Source: Mustelus asterias
Lineage: Eukaryota
Assembly: GCF_964213995.1 (NCBI RefSeq)
Contig: NC_135830.1
Location: 18,414,001-18,478,000 of the forward strand
DNA: 64,000 nt
Direction of reading: 5' to 3'
Part shown: in pieces, positions 1-11,800 of the stretch
How the letters are laid out: each line of letters begins with the position of its first letter
How positions within the stretch are numbered: position 1 is the stretch's first letter
Made by a program: the position numbers and the translations under genes
Notes under the pieces: generated by a model
Databases searched by the model: none
What the model saw: the letters and a program-made list of their open reading frames with translations, nothing else
What the model was told of the DNA's origin: nothing

Positions 1-220
1 ATAGTCCATTTTGCTGTTATTCTTACCAAAATGGATGACCTCACATTTACCAACATTGTACTCCATCTGCCAGACCCTCGCCACTCACTTAGACAAGTAT
101 AGGGCTGTCATGAGTAATCCAGAAAAGATAACAGAATTGGAATTCTTGGCTGCATCATCATTTATTGAGAATCAGTTAAATGCTGATAATGGCGGCACTT
201 TGGGACCCAGCAGGGTTCAG

Positions 221-248
221 AGTTCTTGTACAGCGAGAAGTTACTGTG
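221..248 (+). other. Recombination signal sequence (nonamer-12bp-heptamer) of J segment 1
   Basis: AGTTCTTGT (221-229), a 12-nt spacer and TACTGTG (242-248) lie directly 5' of an FGxGT-coding segment. A 12-bp spacer is the type expected for J-alpha. Confidence 0.85.
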
Positions 249-311
249 TGGATGCTTCGGGGTACAGGAAAATGGTATTCGGCGATGGTACAAAGCTCAC
301 AGTTAATCCCG
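249..311 (+). CDS. TRAJ: T-cell receptor J segment (DASGYRKMVFGDGTKLTVNP)
   Basis: FGxGT motif with KLTV, an upstream 12-RSS, and a phase-1 donor G|GTAAG at 312 that is compatible with the C exon 1 acceptor. Confidence 0.93.
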
Positions 312-349
312 GTAAGAACTCATTTCCAGCTCCTGAGAATCATTCACAC

Positions 350-1385
350 CGACAAGTTTACAGGCGATTTGGTGGTAGCAGACAGTGAAGATGGTTATCT
401 AGGATTGCAACGGGATCTTGATCAATTGGGCCAGTGGGCTGATGAATGGCAGATAGAGTTTAATTTAGATAAATGAGAGATGATACATTTTGGTAGATCC
501 AACCAAGGCAGGACTTACTCAGTTAATGTTAGGGTGTTGGGGAGAGTTACAGAACAAGGAGATATAGGGGTACAGGTTCATAGCTCATTGAAAGTGGAGT
601 CACAGGTGGACAGAGTGGTGAAGAAGGCATTTGGTATGCTTGGTTCATTGGTCAGAACATTGAATACAGGAGTTGGGACGTCTTGTTGATGTTGTACAAG
701 ACATTGGCAAGGCCACACTTGGAATACTGTGTACAGTTCTGGTCACCCTATTATAGAAAGGATATTATTAAACTTGAGAGAGTGCAGAAAAGATTTACCA
801 GGATGATACCGGGACTTGATGGTTTGAGTTATAAGGAGAGGCTGGATAGACTGGGACTTTTTTCTCTGGAGCATAGGAGGCTGAGGGGTGATCTTATAGA
901 GGTCTATAAAATAATGAGGGGCACGGATCAGTTAGATAGTCAATATATTTTCCCAAAGGTAGGGGAGTCTAAAACTAGAGGGCATAGGTTTAAGGTGAGA
1001 GGGGAGAGATACAATCGTGTCCAGAGGGGCAGTTTTTTCACAGTAAGAGTTTTAACAACACCAGGTTAAAGTCCAACAGGTTTATTTGGTAGCAAATACC
1101 ATTAGCTTTCGGAGCGCTGCTCCTTCATCAGATGGAGTGGAAATGTGCTCTCAAACAGGGCACAGAGACACAAAATCAAGTTACAGAATACTGATTAGAA
1201 TGCGAATTCCTGCAGCCAACCAATTTTTTCACACAGAGGGTGGTGAGTGTCTGGAACAAGCTGCCAGAGGTAGTAGTAGAGGGGGGTACAATTTTGTCTT
1301 TTAAAAAGGCATTTAGACAGTTACATGGGTACAATGGGTATAGAGGGATATAGGCCAAATGCGGGCAATTGGGACTAGCTTAGTG
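350..1385 (+). mobile_element. CR1-type LINE 3' fragment, degenerate, interrupted by a Penelope-derived piece at ~1040-1220; 3' tail resumes ~2530-2595
   Basis: Frameshifted ORFs with [30 protein letters not shown] and TRGHRFKVRG motifs. Confidence 0.85.
1040..1220 (-). mobile_element. Penelope-like element terminal fragment with hammerhead-like core
   Basis: Shares the CACAGTAAGA..ACCAGGTTAAAGTCCAACAGG end with the PLE at 52-54 kb. The minus strand reads CTGATGA-AGGAGC-AGC-GCTCC-GAAA at ~1107-1131. Confidence 0.7.
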
Positions 1386-2523
1386 TTTAGGGCACACGGA
1401 GTTGGGGGTAGTGTGTTAAAGTGGATTGGGGACTGGCTATCCGACAGGAAGCAAAGAGTCGGAATAAATGGGTGTTTTTCCGGTTGGAGGAAGGTAACTA
1501 GTGGCGTGCCGCAGGGATCGGTACTCGGGCCGCAACTACTTACCATTTATATAGATGATCTGGAGGAGGGGACGGAGTGTAGGGTAACGAAGTTTGCAGA
1601 CGACACAAAGATAAGTGGAAAAGTGAATCGTGTGGAGGACGGAGAAGATCTGCAGAGAGATTTGGACAGGCTGAGTGAGTGGGCGAGGATATGGCAAATG
1701 GAGTATAACGTTGATAAATGCGAGGTTATACACTTTGGAGGAAATAATAACAAGTGGGATTACTATCTCAATGGAAACAAATTAAAACATGCTACCGTGC
1801 AAAGGGACCTGGGGGTCCTTGTGCATGAGACGCAAAAGCCCAGTCTGCAGGTACAACAGGTGATCAAGAAGGCAAATGGGATGTTGGCCTATATCGCGAG
1901 GGGGATAGAATATAAAAGCAGGGATGTCTTGATGCATCTGTACAGGGCATTGGTGAGGCCGCAGCTGGAATACTGTGTGCAGTATTGGTCCCCTTATATG
2001 AGGAAGGATATATTGGCATTGGAGGGAGTGCAGAGAAGGTTCACCAGGTTGATACCGGAGATGAGGGGTTTGGATTATGAGGAGAGGCTGAGGAGATTGG
2101 GTTTGTACTCGTTGGAGTTTAGAAGGATGAGGGGGGATCTTATGGAGACTTATAAGATAATGCGGGGGCTGGATAGGGTGGAGGCGGAGAGATTCTTTCC
2201 ACTTAGTAAGGAAGTTAAAACTAGAGGACACAGCCTCAAAATAAAGGGGGGTCGGTTTAAGACAGAGTTGAGGAGGAACTTCTTCTCCCAGAGGGTGGTG
2301 AATCTCTGGAATTCTCTGCCCACTGAGGTGGTGGAGGCTACCTCGCTGAATATGTTTAAAGCGCGGATGGATGGATTCCTGATCGGTAAGGGTATTAAGG
2401 GTTATGGGGATCAGGCGGGTAAGTGGTACTGATCCACGTCAGATCAGCCATGATCTTATTGAATGGCGGGGCAGGCTCGAGGGGCTAGATGGCCTACTCC
2501 TGCTCCTATTTCTTATGTTCTTA
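1385..2523 (+). mobile_element. CR1 LINE, 5'-truncated, uninterrupted RT C-terminal ORF (1359-2432)
   Basis: GVPQGSVLGP, KFADDTK and RPQLEYCVQYWSP motifs, ending in a TTCTTATG 3' tail. Near-identical to the copy at 59550-60310. Confidence 0.92.
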
Positions 2524-2937
2524 TAAAAGAAAAGGGGTAGCATGGACAAGTTGGGCCAAAGGGCCTGTTTCCATGCTGTAAACCTCTATGACTCTGATTT
2601 AGGGGCAACTGTCTCGACATAATGTTGCCAAGCGCATATTAAGCTTTTGGGGATGAAATCTCATACAATAAGTCTCATTTTGATCATTAAGGATGATAAT
2701 GGACTCGAGGATACTTTATTAGTAAGTACCATCAGGGCCTCGATGAGATGGGCAGAATGGCCTATTTCTTGCGCCGCAGAGTCGAACCCCGTTGGACATC
2801 ACGGCTAACCGAGACAGTTTCTGAGTCTGAAATAGACGGCGGGGGGGGGGTGAAAACAGAATTCTAAATATGTAATGGGGGGGTAATTCCCTCTGAAACT
2901 AAGCCCATCAGTGATGCCAGCTCTGGGAAGTGGCAGA

Positions 2938-2965
2938 GGTTTTAGTATCAGTGCATCGGGCTGTG
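2938..2965 (+). other. Recombination signal sequence (nonamer-12bp-heptamer) of J segment 2
   Basis: GGTTTTAGT (2938-2946), a 12-nt spacer and GGCTGTG (2959-2965). Confidence 0.85.
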
Positions 2966-3023
2966 CCAACCCTCGGCGACAAGCTGGTTTTTGGATCGGG
3001 GACCCGGTTCCACGTCCTCCCAA
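2966..3023 (+). CDS. TRAJ: T-cell receptor J segment, most C-proximal (PTLGDKLVFGSGTRFHVLP)
   Basis: KLVFGSGT motif, an upstream 12-RSS and a phase-1 donor A|GTAAG at 3024. Confidence 0.93.
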
Positions 3024-3408
3024 GTAAGGAAACCAGCTTCCCAAACGAGGTGCGTAAGGGAATTCTCCGCCCCGGAGTGGGGAAGCACGGATCGGATTCT
3101 CTGCGGTGTGGGTCCGATTGAAGGAGGGGGGGCGGTTTTCCCGACCCGTCCGCTACGGGAATCGGAGCAGGGAGAGGGGTGCGCACGGAGCAGGCAAAGG
3201 TCTTTTGACCTCGGGTGGGATTTTCTGGTCTTAGCGGGTTGGAAAATGCCGCCCAAAAGTTCCGCGTAATTCCGAGACTGTCACTGTGAAGTGGTTATCC
3301 GCAAGTGAGTCGCTTCGGGGGAAAATGTGAGCGTGCATTCTCAGTCGGGGAGGTGAATCATCACTGAGTAAATATTCTTAGTTGAAGGCGATGTTATTAT
3401 AGAACAAA

Positions 3409-4020
3409 TGGTGTGCTGGCCTTTATCAATCGAGGGATTGAGTTTAGGAGTCCGGGGATAATGATGCAGCTATATAAGACCCTCGTCAGACCCCACTTGG
3501 AGTACTGTGCTCAGTTCTGGTCGCCTCATTACAGGAAGGATGTGGAAAAGATTGAAAGGGTGCAGAGGAGATTTACAAGGATGTTGCCTGGATTGAGTGG
3601 CATGCCTTATGAGGATAGGCTGAGGGAGCTCGGTCTTTTCTCCTTGGAGAGACGAAGGATGAGAGGCGACCTAATGGAGGTGTATAAGATGTTGAGAGGC
3701 ATAGATCGGGTGGACTCTCAGAGGCTTTTTCCCAGGGTGGAAATGGCTGCTACGAGAGGACACAGGTTTAAGGTGCTGGGGGGTAGGTACAGGGGAGATG
3801 TTAGGGGTAAGTTTTTCACACAGAGGGTGGTGGGCGAGTGGAATCGGCTGCCGTCAGTGGTGGTGGAGGCGAACTCAATAGGGTCTTTTAAGAGACTCCT
3901 GGATAAGCACATGGAGCATAAAAGGATGGAGGGTTATAGGTAGGTCTCGAAAGTAGGGATATGTTCGGCACAACTTGTGGGGCCGAAGGGCCTGTTTGTG
4001 CTGTAGTTTTTCTATGTTCT
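3409..4020 (+). mobile_element. CR1 LINE 3' fragment
   Basis: ORF 3413-3943 contains [19 protein letters not shown]. Near-identical to 31155-31800 on the opposite strand. Confidence 0.9.
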
Positions 4021-4024
4021 AAAG

Positions 4025-4535
4025 AAAATTACAGCACAGGAACAGGCCCTTCGGCCCTCCAAGCCTGCACCGACCATCCTGCCCCCATCTGAACTAAAAA
4101 CCCCTACCCTTCCGGGGACCATATCCCTCTATTCCCATCCTATTCATGTATTTGTCCAGACGCCCCTTAGCAGTCACTATCGTATCCACTTCCACCACCT
4201 CCCCCGGCAGAGAGTTCCAGGCACCCACCACCCTCTGTGTAAAACAACTTGCCTCGTACATCTCCTTTAAACCTTGCCCCTCGCCTTAAACCTGTGCCCC
4301 CGAGTAATTGACTCTTCCACCCTGGGAAAAAGCTTCTGACTATCCACTCAGTCCATGCCTCTCATAATCTTGTAGAATTCTATCAGGTCGCCCCTCAACC
4401 TCCGTCGCTCCAGTGAGAACAAACCAAGTTTCTCCAACCTCTCCTCATAGCTAATGCCCTCCATACCAGGCAATGTCCTGGTAAATCTTTTCTGTACCCT
4501 CTCCAAAGCCTCCTCCTGGTAGTGTGGTGACCATG
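4025..4535 (-). mobile_element. CR1 LINE 3' fragment
   Basis: Minus-strand ORF reading WSPHYQEEALERVQKRFTR...LGLFSLERRRLRGDLIE. Confidence 0.85.
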
Positions 4536-4796
4536 GCAAGATGTTAACTCAGCTAATGTTCTGCGGGACCCGTGTTCGAATCCCGCAGATGGTGCAATTT
4601 GAATTCAATAAAAATAACCGTAGAAACCCTACAGTGCAGAAGGAGGCCATTCGGCCCATCGAGTCTGCACCGACCACAGCCCCACCCAGGCTCCATCCCC
4701 GTAAACCCACACATTTACCCTGCTAATCCCCCTGACACTAGGGTCAATTTATATACAGCCGGGTCCCTCACAGCGCCAGGGATGGTTCGATTCCCG

Positions 4797-5140
4797 GGCG
4801 GCACGGTAGCACAGTGGTTAGCACTGCTGCTTCACAGCTCCAGGGTCCCGGGTTCGATTCCCGGCTCGGGTCACTGTCTGCGTGGAGTCTGCACGTTCTC
4901 CTCGTGTCTGCGTGGGTTTCCCTCCGGGTGCTCCGGTTTCCTCCCACAGTCCAAAGATGTGCGGGTTAGGTTGATTGGCCAGGTTAAAAAATTGCCCCTT
5001 AGAGTCCTGGGATGCGTAGGTTAGAGGGATTAGCGGGTAAAATATGTGGGGGTAGGGCCTGGGTGGGATTGTGGTCGGTGCAGACTCGATGGGCCGAATG
5101 GCCTCCTTCTGCACTGTAGGGTTTCTATGATGATTTCTAT
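4797..5140 (+). mobile_element. tRNA-derived SINE (HE1-like, elasmobranch), flanked by further SINE fragments ~4620-5340
   Basis: A-box-like GGTAGCACAGTGG and B-box GGTTCGATTCCC, with a CR1-like 3' tail. Many copies occur in this window. Confidence 0.85.
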
Positions 5141-5395
5141 GATTCCTGGCTTGGGTCACAGTCTGTGTGGAGTTTGCACATTCTCTCCGTGTCTGAGTGG
5201 GTTTCCTCCGGGTGCTCCCACAGTCTGAAAGATGTGCATTGATCTAAACAGACGCCGGAGTGTGGCGACTCGGGGAATTTTACAGTAACCGCATTGCAGT
5301 GTTAATGTCAGCCTTACCTGTGATTAATAAGTGAACTTACTTACTCCCGGAGTTATTAAACCGTCCTTTATCTCTGCTTCTTTGTCTCCCCGCAG

Positions 5396-5674
5396 AGCGA
5401 AATTCTTTGGAGCCATCCATATATGTCATCGCGCCGAGGGAGAGTGATTCCAAAGCATCGCCCGTGTGTCTGGCGACCGATTACTTCCCCAACAATGTCA
5501 GTATGTCCGTGTCGGCCGGCGGGCCGGCCTACAATCGGTCCCATGAGGACGCCTTACTGTCCCTCGCTGACAGGGCTTACAGCCTGGTGGGCTTCCTCAG
5601 CTCCTCGCAATCCACGCAGGACGGACTGTTTAGCTGCACGGCTGGGCACCATTCCAAGACACTGTCCCGAGCTG
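5396..5674 (+). CDS. TRAC: TCR alpha constant exon 1, Ig-like domain ((E/K)RNSLEPSIYVIAPRESDSKASPVCLATDYFPNNVSMSV...LLSLADRAYSLVGFL...LFSCTAGHHSKTLSRA)
   Basis: Pyrimidine-tract acceptor ...CCCGCAG| at 5395. EPSIY, VCLATDYFP and FSC are C1-set motifs; there is no C-strand Trp, as in C-alpha. Phase-1 donor G|GTAGGT at 5675. Confidence 0.92.
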
Positions 5675-5766
5675 GTAGGTTCCTCCGCTTTCGTACACTC
5701 GGCACATTCCAATCACACATCATTGATCTGGGATTGCTGCAATTCCCCATATCTGTCTCATTCCAG

Positions 5767-5814
5767 GTCAAATCGAGCCACCTTGCATTCCGGTCAAGGA
5801 AGACGAGGAGGGAG
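5767..5814 (+). CDS. TRAC: TCR alpha constant exon 2, hinge/connecting peptide (GQIEPPCIPVKEDEEG)
   Basis: Acceptor TTCCAG| at 5766. The exon is 48 bp, phase 1-1, with a single Cys at the interchain-disulfide position. Donor GAG|GTGAGT at 5815. Confidence 0.9.
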
Positions 5815-8800
5815 GTGAGTACCTTGTGTGTGAGTACCTTGTGTGTACCTTGTGCGTGAGTACCTTGTGCGTGAGTACCTTGTGTGTGTGTGTGTGTGAG
5901 TACCTTATGTGTGAGTACCTTGTGCGTGAGTACCTTGTGCGTGAGTACCTTGTGCGTGAGTACCTTGTGCGTGAGTACCTTGTGTGTGAGTACCTTGTGT
6001 GTGTGTGTGAGTACCTTGTGTGTGTGTGTGAGTACCTTGTGTGTGAGTACCTTGTGTGTGAGTACCTTGTGTGTGTGTGTGAGTACCTTATGTGTGAGTA
6101 CCTTGTGTGTGAGTACCTTGTGCGTGAGTACCTTGTGTGTGAGTACCTTGTGCGTGAGTACCTTGTGTGTGTGTGTGAGTACCTTATGTGTGAGTACCTT
6201 GTGTGTGAGTACCTTATGTGTGAGTACCTTATGTGTGAGTACCTTGTGTGTGAGTACCTTGTGCGTGAGTACCTTGTGTGTGAGTACCTTGTGCGTGAGT
6301 ACCTTGTGTGTGTGTGTGAGTACCTTATGTGTGAGTACCTTGTGTGTGAGTACCTTGTGTGTGAGTACCTTGTGTGTGTGTGAGTACCTTATGTGTGAGT
6401 ACCTTGTGTGTGAGTACCTTGTGCGTGAGTACCTTGTGCGTGAGTACCTTGTGTGTGAGTACCTTGTGTGTGAGTACCTTGTGTGTGTGTGTGAGTACCT
6501 TATGTGTGAGTACCTTGTGTGTGAGTACCTTGTGCGTGAGTACCTTGTGTGTGAGTACCTTGTGCGTGAGTACCTTGTGTGTGTGTGTGAGTACCTTATG
6601 TGTGAGTACCTTGTGTGTGAGTACCTTGTGTGTGAGTACCTTGTGTGTGTGTGTGAGTACCTTATGTGTGAGTACCTTGTGTGTGAGTACCTTGTGCGTG
6701 AGTACCTTGTGCGTGAGTACCTTGTGTGTGAGTACCTTGTGTGTGAGTACCTTGTGTGTGTGTGTGAGTACCTTATGTGTGAGTACCTTGTGTGTGAGTA
6801 CCTTGTGCGTGAGTACCTTGTGCGTGAGTACCTTGTCCGTGAGTACCTTGTCCGTGAGTACCTTGTCCGTGAGTACCTTGTGCGTGAGTACCTTGCGCGT
6901 GAGTACCTTGCGCGTGAGTACCTTGTGCGTGAGTACCTTGTGCGTGAGTACCTTGTGCGTGAGTACCTTGTGCGTGAGTACCTTGTGCGTGAGTACCTTG
7001 CGCGTGAGTACCTTGCGCGTGAGTACCTTGCGCGTGAGTACCTTGCGCGTGAGTACCTTGTCTGTGAGTACCTTGTCCGTGAGTACCTTGTGCGTGAGTA
7101 CCTTGCGCGTGAGTACCTTGCGCGTGAGTACCTTGCGCGTGAGTACCTTGCGCGTGAGTACCTTGCGCGTGAGTACCTTGCGCGTGAGTACCTTGCGCGT
7201 GAGTACCTTGCGCGTGAGTACCTTGCGCGTGAGTACCTTGCGTGTGAGTACCTTGCGTGTGAGTACCTTGTGTGTGAGTACCTTGTGAGTACCTTGTGTG
7301 TGAGTACCTTGTGTGTGAGTACCTTGTGTGTGAGTACCTTGTGCGTGAGTACCTTGTGCGTGAGTACCTTGTGCGTGAGTACCTTGTGTGTGAGTACCTT
7401 GTGCGTGAGTACCTTGTGTGTGAGAACCTTGTGTGTGAGAACCTTGTGTGTGAGTACCTTGTGTGTGAGTACCTTGTGTGTGAGTACCTTGTGTGTGAGT
7501 ACCTTGTGTGTGAGTACCTTGTGCGTGAGTACCTTGTGCGTGAGTACCTTGCGCGTGAGTACCTTGTGTGTGTGTGTGAGTACCTTATGTGTGAGTACCT
7601 TGTGTGTACCTTGTGCGTGAGTACCTTGTGCGTGAGTACCCTGTGCGTGAGTACTTTGTGTGTGTGTGTGTGAGTACCTTATGTGTGAGTACCTTATGCG
7701 TGAGTACCTTGTGCGTGAGTACCTTGTGCGTGAGTACCTTGTGTGTGAGTACCTTGTGTGTGTGTGTGAGTACCTTGTGCGTGAGTACCTTGTGCGTGAG
7801 TACCTTGTGTGTGAGTACCTTGTGTGTGAGTACCTTGTGTGTGAGTACCTTGTGTGTGAGTACCTTGTGTGTGAGTACCTTGTGTGTGAGTACCTTGTGT
7901 GTGTGTGTGAGTACCTTATGTGTGAGTACCTTGTGTGTGAGTACCTTGTGCGTGAGTACCTTGTGTGTGAGTACCTTGTGCGTGAGTACCTTGTGTGTGT
8001 GTGTGAGTACCTTATGTGTGAGTACCTTATGTGTGAGTACCTTATGTGTGAGTACCTTGTGTGTGAGTACCTTGTGCGTGAGTACCTTGTGTGTGTGTGT
8101 GAGTACCTTATGTGTGAGTACCTTATGTGTGAGTACCTTGTGTGTGAGTACCTTGTGCGTGAGTACCTTGTGCGTGAGTACCTTGTGCGTGAGTACCTTG
8201 TGCGTGAGTACCTTGTGCGTGAGTACCTTGTGCGTGAGTACCTTGTCCGTGAGCACCTTGTGCGTGAGTACCTTGTGCGTGAGTACCTTGTGCGTGAGTA
8301 CCTTGCGCGTGAGTACCTTGCGCGTGAGTACCTTGCGCGTGAGTACCTTGCGCGTGAGTACCTTGCGCGTGAGTACCTTGTCTGAGTACCTTGTCCGTGA
8401 GTACCTTGTCCGTGAGTACCTTGCGCGTGAGTACCTTGCGCGTGAGTACCTTGCGCGTGAGTACCTTGCGCGTGAGTACCTTGTCTGTGAGTACCTTGTC
8501 CGTGAGTACCTTGTGCGTGAGTACCTTGTGCGTGAGTACCTTGCGCGTGAGTACCTTGCGCGTGAGTACCTTGCACGTGAGTACCTTGCGCGTGAGTACC
8601 TTGCGCGTGAGTACCTTGTCCGTGAGTACCTTGTCCGTGAGTACCTTGTGCGTGAGTACCTTGTGCGTGAGTACCTTGTCCGTGAGAACCTTGTGCGTGA
8701 GTACCTTGCGCGTGAGTACCTTGCGCGTGAGTACCTTGTGCGTGAGTACCTTGTGCATGAGTACCTTGTGCGTGAGTACCTTGCGCGTGAGTACCTTGCG

Positions 8801-11800
8801 CGTGAGTACCTTGTCCGTGAGTACCTTGTCCGTGAGTACCTTGCGCGTGAGTACCTTGCGCGTGAGTACCTTGCGCGTGAGTACCTTGCGCGTGAGTACC
8901 TTGCGCGTGAGTACCTTGCGCGTGAGTACCTTGCGTGTGAGTACCTTGCGTGTGAGTACCTTGTGTGTGAGTACCTTGTGCGTGAGTACCTTGTGAGTAC
9001 CTTGTGTGTGAGTACCTTGTGTGTGAGTACCTTGTGCGTGAGTACCTTGTGCGTGAGTACCTTGTGTGTGAGTACCTTGTGCGTGAGTACCTTGTGTGTG
9101 AGTACCTTGTGTGTGAGTACCTTGTGTGTGAGTACCTTGTGTGTGAGTACCTTGTGTGTGAGTACCTTGTGCGTGAGTACCTTGTGCGTGAGTACCTTGT
9201 GAGTACCTTGTGTGTGAGTACCTTGTGTGTGAGTACCTTGTGCGTGAGTACCTTGTGCGTGAGTACCTTGTGCGTGAGTACCCTGTGTGTGAGTACCTTG
9301 TGCGTGAGTACCTTGTGTGTGAGTACCTTGTGCGTGAGTACCTTGTGCGTGAGTACCTTGTGCGTGAGTACCTTGTGCGTGAGTACCTTGCGCGTGAGTA
9401 CCTTGCGCGTGAGTACCTTGCGCGTGAGTACCTTGCGCGTGAGTACCTTGCGCGTGAGTACCTTGTCTGTGAGTACCTTGTCCGTGAGTACCTTGTGCGT
9501 GAGTACCTTGCGCGTGAGTACCTTGCGCGTGAGTACCTTGCGCGTGAGTACCTTGCGCGTGAGTACCTTGCGCGTGAGTACCTTGTCTGTGAGTACCTTG
9601 TCCGTGAGTACCTTGTGCGTGAGTACCTTGCGCGTGAGTACCTTGCGCGTGAGTACCTTGCGCGTGAGTACCTTGCGCGTGAGTACCTTGCGTGTGAGTA
9701 CCTTGCGTGTGAGTACCTTGTGTGTGAGTACCTTGTGTGTGAGTACCTTGTGTGTGAGTACCTTGTGCGTGAGTACCTTGTGAGTACCTTGTGCGTGAGT
9801 ACCTTGTGCGTGAGTACCTTGTGCGTGAGTACCTTGTGCGTGAGTACCTTGTGCGTGAGTACCTTGTGCGTGAGTACCTTGTGCGTGAGTACCTTGCGCG
9901 TGAGTACCTTGTGTGTGTGTGTGAGTACCTTATGTGTGAGTACCTTGTGTGTACCTTGTGCGTGAGTACATTGTGCGTGAGTACCCTGTGCATGAGTACT
10001 TTGTGTGTGTGTGTGTGAGTACCTTATGTGTGAGTACCTTATGTGTGAGTACCTTATGTGTGAGTACCTTGTGCGTGAGTACCTTGTGCGTGAGTACCTT
10101 GTGTGTGAGTACCTTGTGTGTGTGTGTGAGTACCTTGTGTGTGAGTACCTTATGTGTGAGTACCTTGTGTGTGAGTACCTTGTGTGTGTGTGTGAGTACC
10201 TTATGTGTGAGTACCTTGTGTGTGAGTACCTTGTGCGTGAGTACCTTGTGCGTGAGTACCTTGTGTGTGAGTACCTTGTGTGTGAGTACCTTGTGTGTGT
10301 GTGTGAGTACCTTATGTGTGAGTACCTTGTGTGTGAGTACCTTGTGCGTGAGTACCTTGTGTGTGAGTACCTTGTGCGTGAGTACCTTGTGTGTGTGTGT
10401 GAGTACCTTATGTGTGAGTACCTTGTGTGTGAGTACCTTGTGTGTGAGTACCTTGTGTGTGTGTGTGAGTACCTTATGTGTGAGTACCTTGTGTGTGAGT
10501 ACCTTGTGCGTGAGTACCTTGTGCGTGAGTACCTTGTGTGTGAGTACCTTGTGTGTGAGTACCTTGTGTGTGTGTGTGAGTACCTTATGTGTGAGTACCT
10601 TGTGTGTGAGTACCTTGTGCGTGAGTACCTTGTGCGTGAGTACCTTGTCCGTGAGTACCTTGTCCGTGAGTACCTTGTGCGTGAGTACCTTGTGCGTGAG
10701 TACCTTGCGCGTGAGTACCTTGCGCGTGAGTACCTTGTGCGTGAGTACCTTGTGCGTGAGTACCTTGTGCGTGAGTACCTTGTGCGTGAGTACCTTGCGC
10801 GTGAGTACCTTGCGCGTGAGTACCTTGCGCGTGAGTACCTTGCGCGTGAGTACCTTGTCTGTGAGTACCTTGTCCGTGAGTACCTTGTGCGTGAGTACCT
10901 TGCGCGTGAGTACCTTGCGCGTGAGTACCTTGCGCGTGAGTACCTTGCGCGTGAGTACCTTGCGCGTGAGTACCTTGCGCGTGAGTACCTTGCGCGTGAG
11001 TACCTTGCGTGTGAGTACCTTGCGTGTGAGTACCTTGCGTGTGAGTACCTTGTGTGTGAGTACCTTGTGAGTACCTTGTGTGTGAGTACCTTGTGTGTGA
11101 GTACCTTGTGTGTGAGTACCTTGTGCGTGAGTACCTTGTGCGTGAGTACCTTGTGCGTGAGTACCTTGTGTGTGAGTACCTTGTGCGTGAGTACCTTGTG
11201 TGTGAGAACCTTGTGTGTGAGTACCTTGTGTGTGAGTACCTTGTGTGTGAGTACCTTGTGTGTGAGTACCTTGTGTGTGAGTACCTTGTGCGTGAGTACC
11301 TTGTGCGTGAGTACCTTGCGCGTGAGTACCTTGTGTGTGTGTGTGAGTACCTTATGTGTGAGTACCTTGTGTGTACCTTGTGCGTGAGTACCTTGTGCGT
11401 GAGTACCCTGTGCGTGAGTACTTTGTGTGTGTGTGTGTGAGTACCTTATGTGTGAGTACCTTATGTGTGAGTACCTTGTGCGTGAGTACCTTGTGCGTGA
11501 GTACCTTGTGTGTGAGTACCTTGTGTGTGTGTGTGAGTACCTTGTGCGTGAGTACCTTGTGCGTGAGTACCTTGTGTGTGAGTACCTTGTGTGTGAGTAC
11601 CTTGTGTGTGAGTACCTTGTGTGTGAGTACCTTGTGTGTGTGTGTGAGTACCTTATGTGTGAGTACCTTGTGTGTGAGTACCTTGTGCGTGAGTACCTTG
11701 TGTGTGAGTACCTTGTGCGTGAGTACCTTGTGTGTGTGTGTGAGTACCTTATGTGTGAGTACCTTATGTGTGAGTACCTTGTGTGTGAGTACCTTGTGCG

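Noticed and set aside
3282-3310. CACTGTG heptamer followed by a GTGAGT donor, suggesting an extra J
   Set aside because: There is no nonamer at 12 or 23 bp and no FGxG-coding sequence.
4797-4870. tRNA genes
   Set aside because: The tRNA-like heads belong to SINEs and continue into the SINE body and CR1-like tail.
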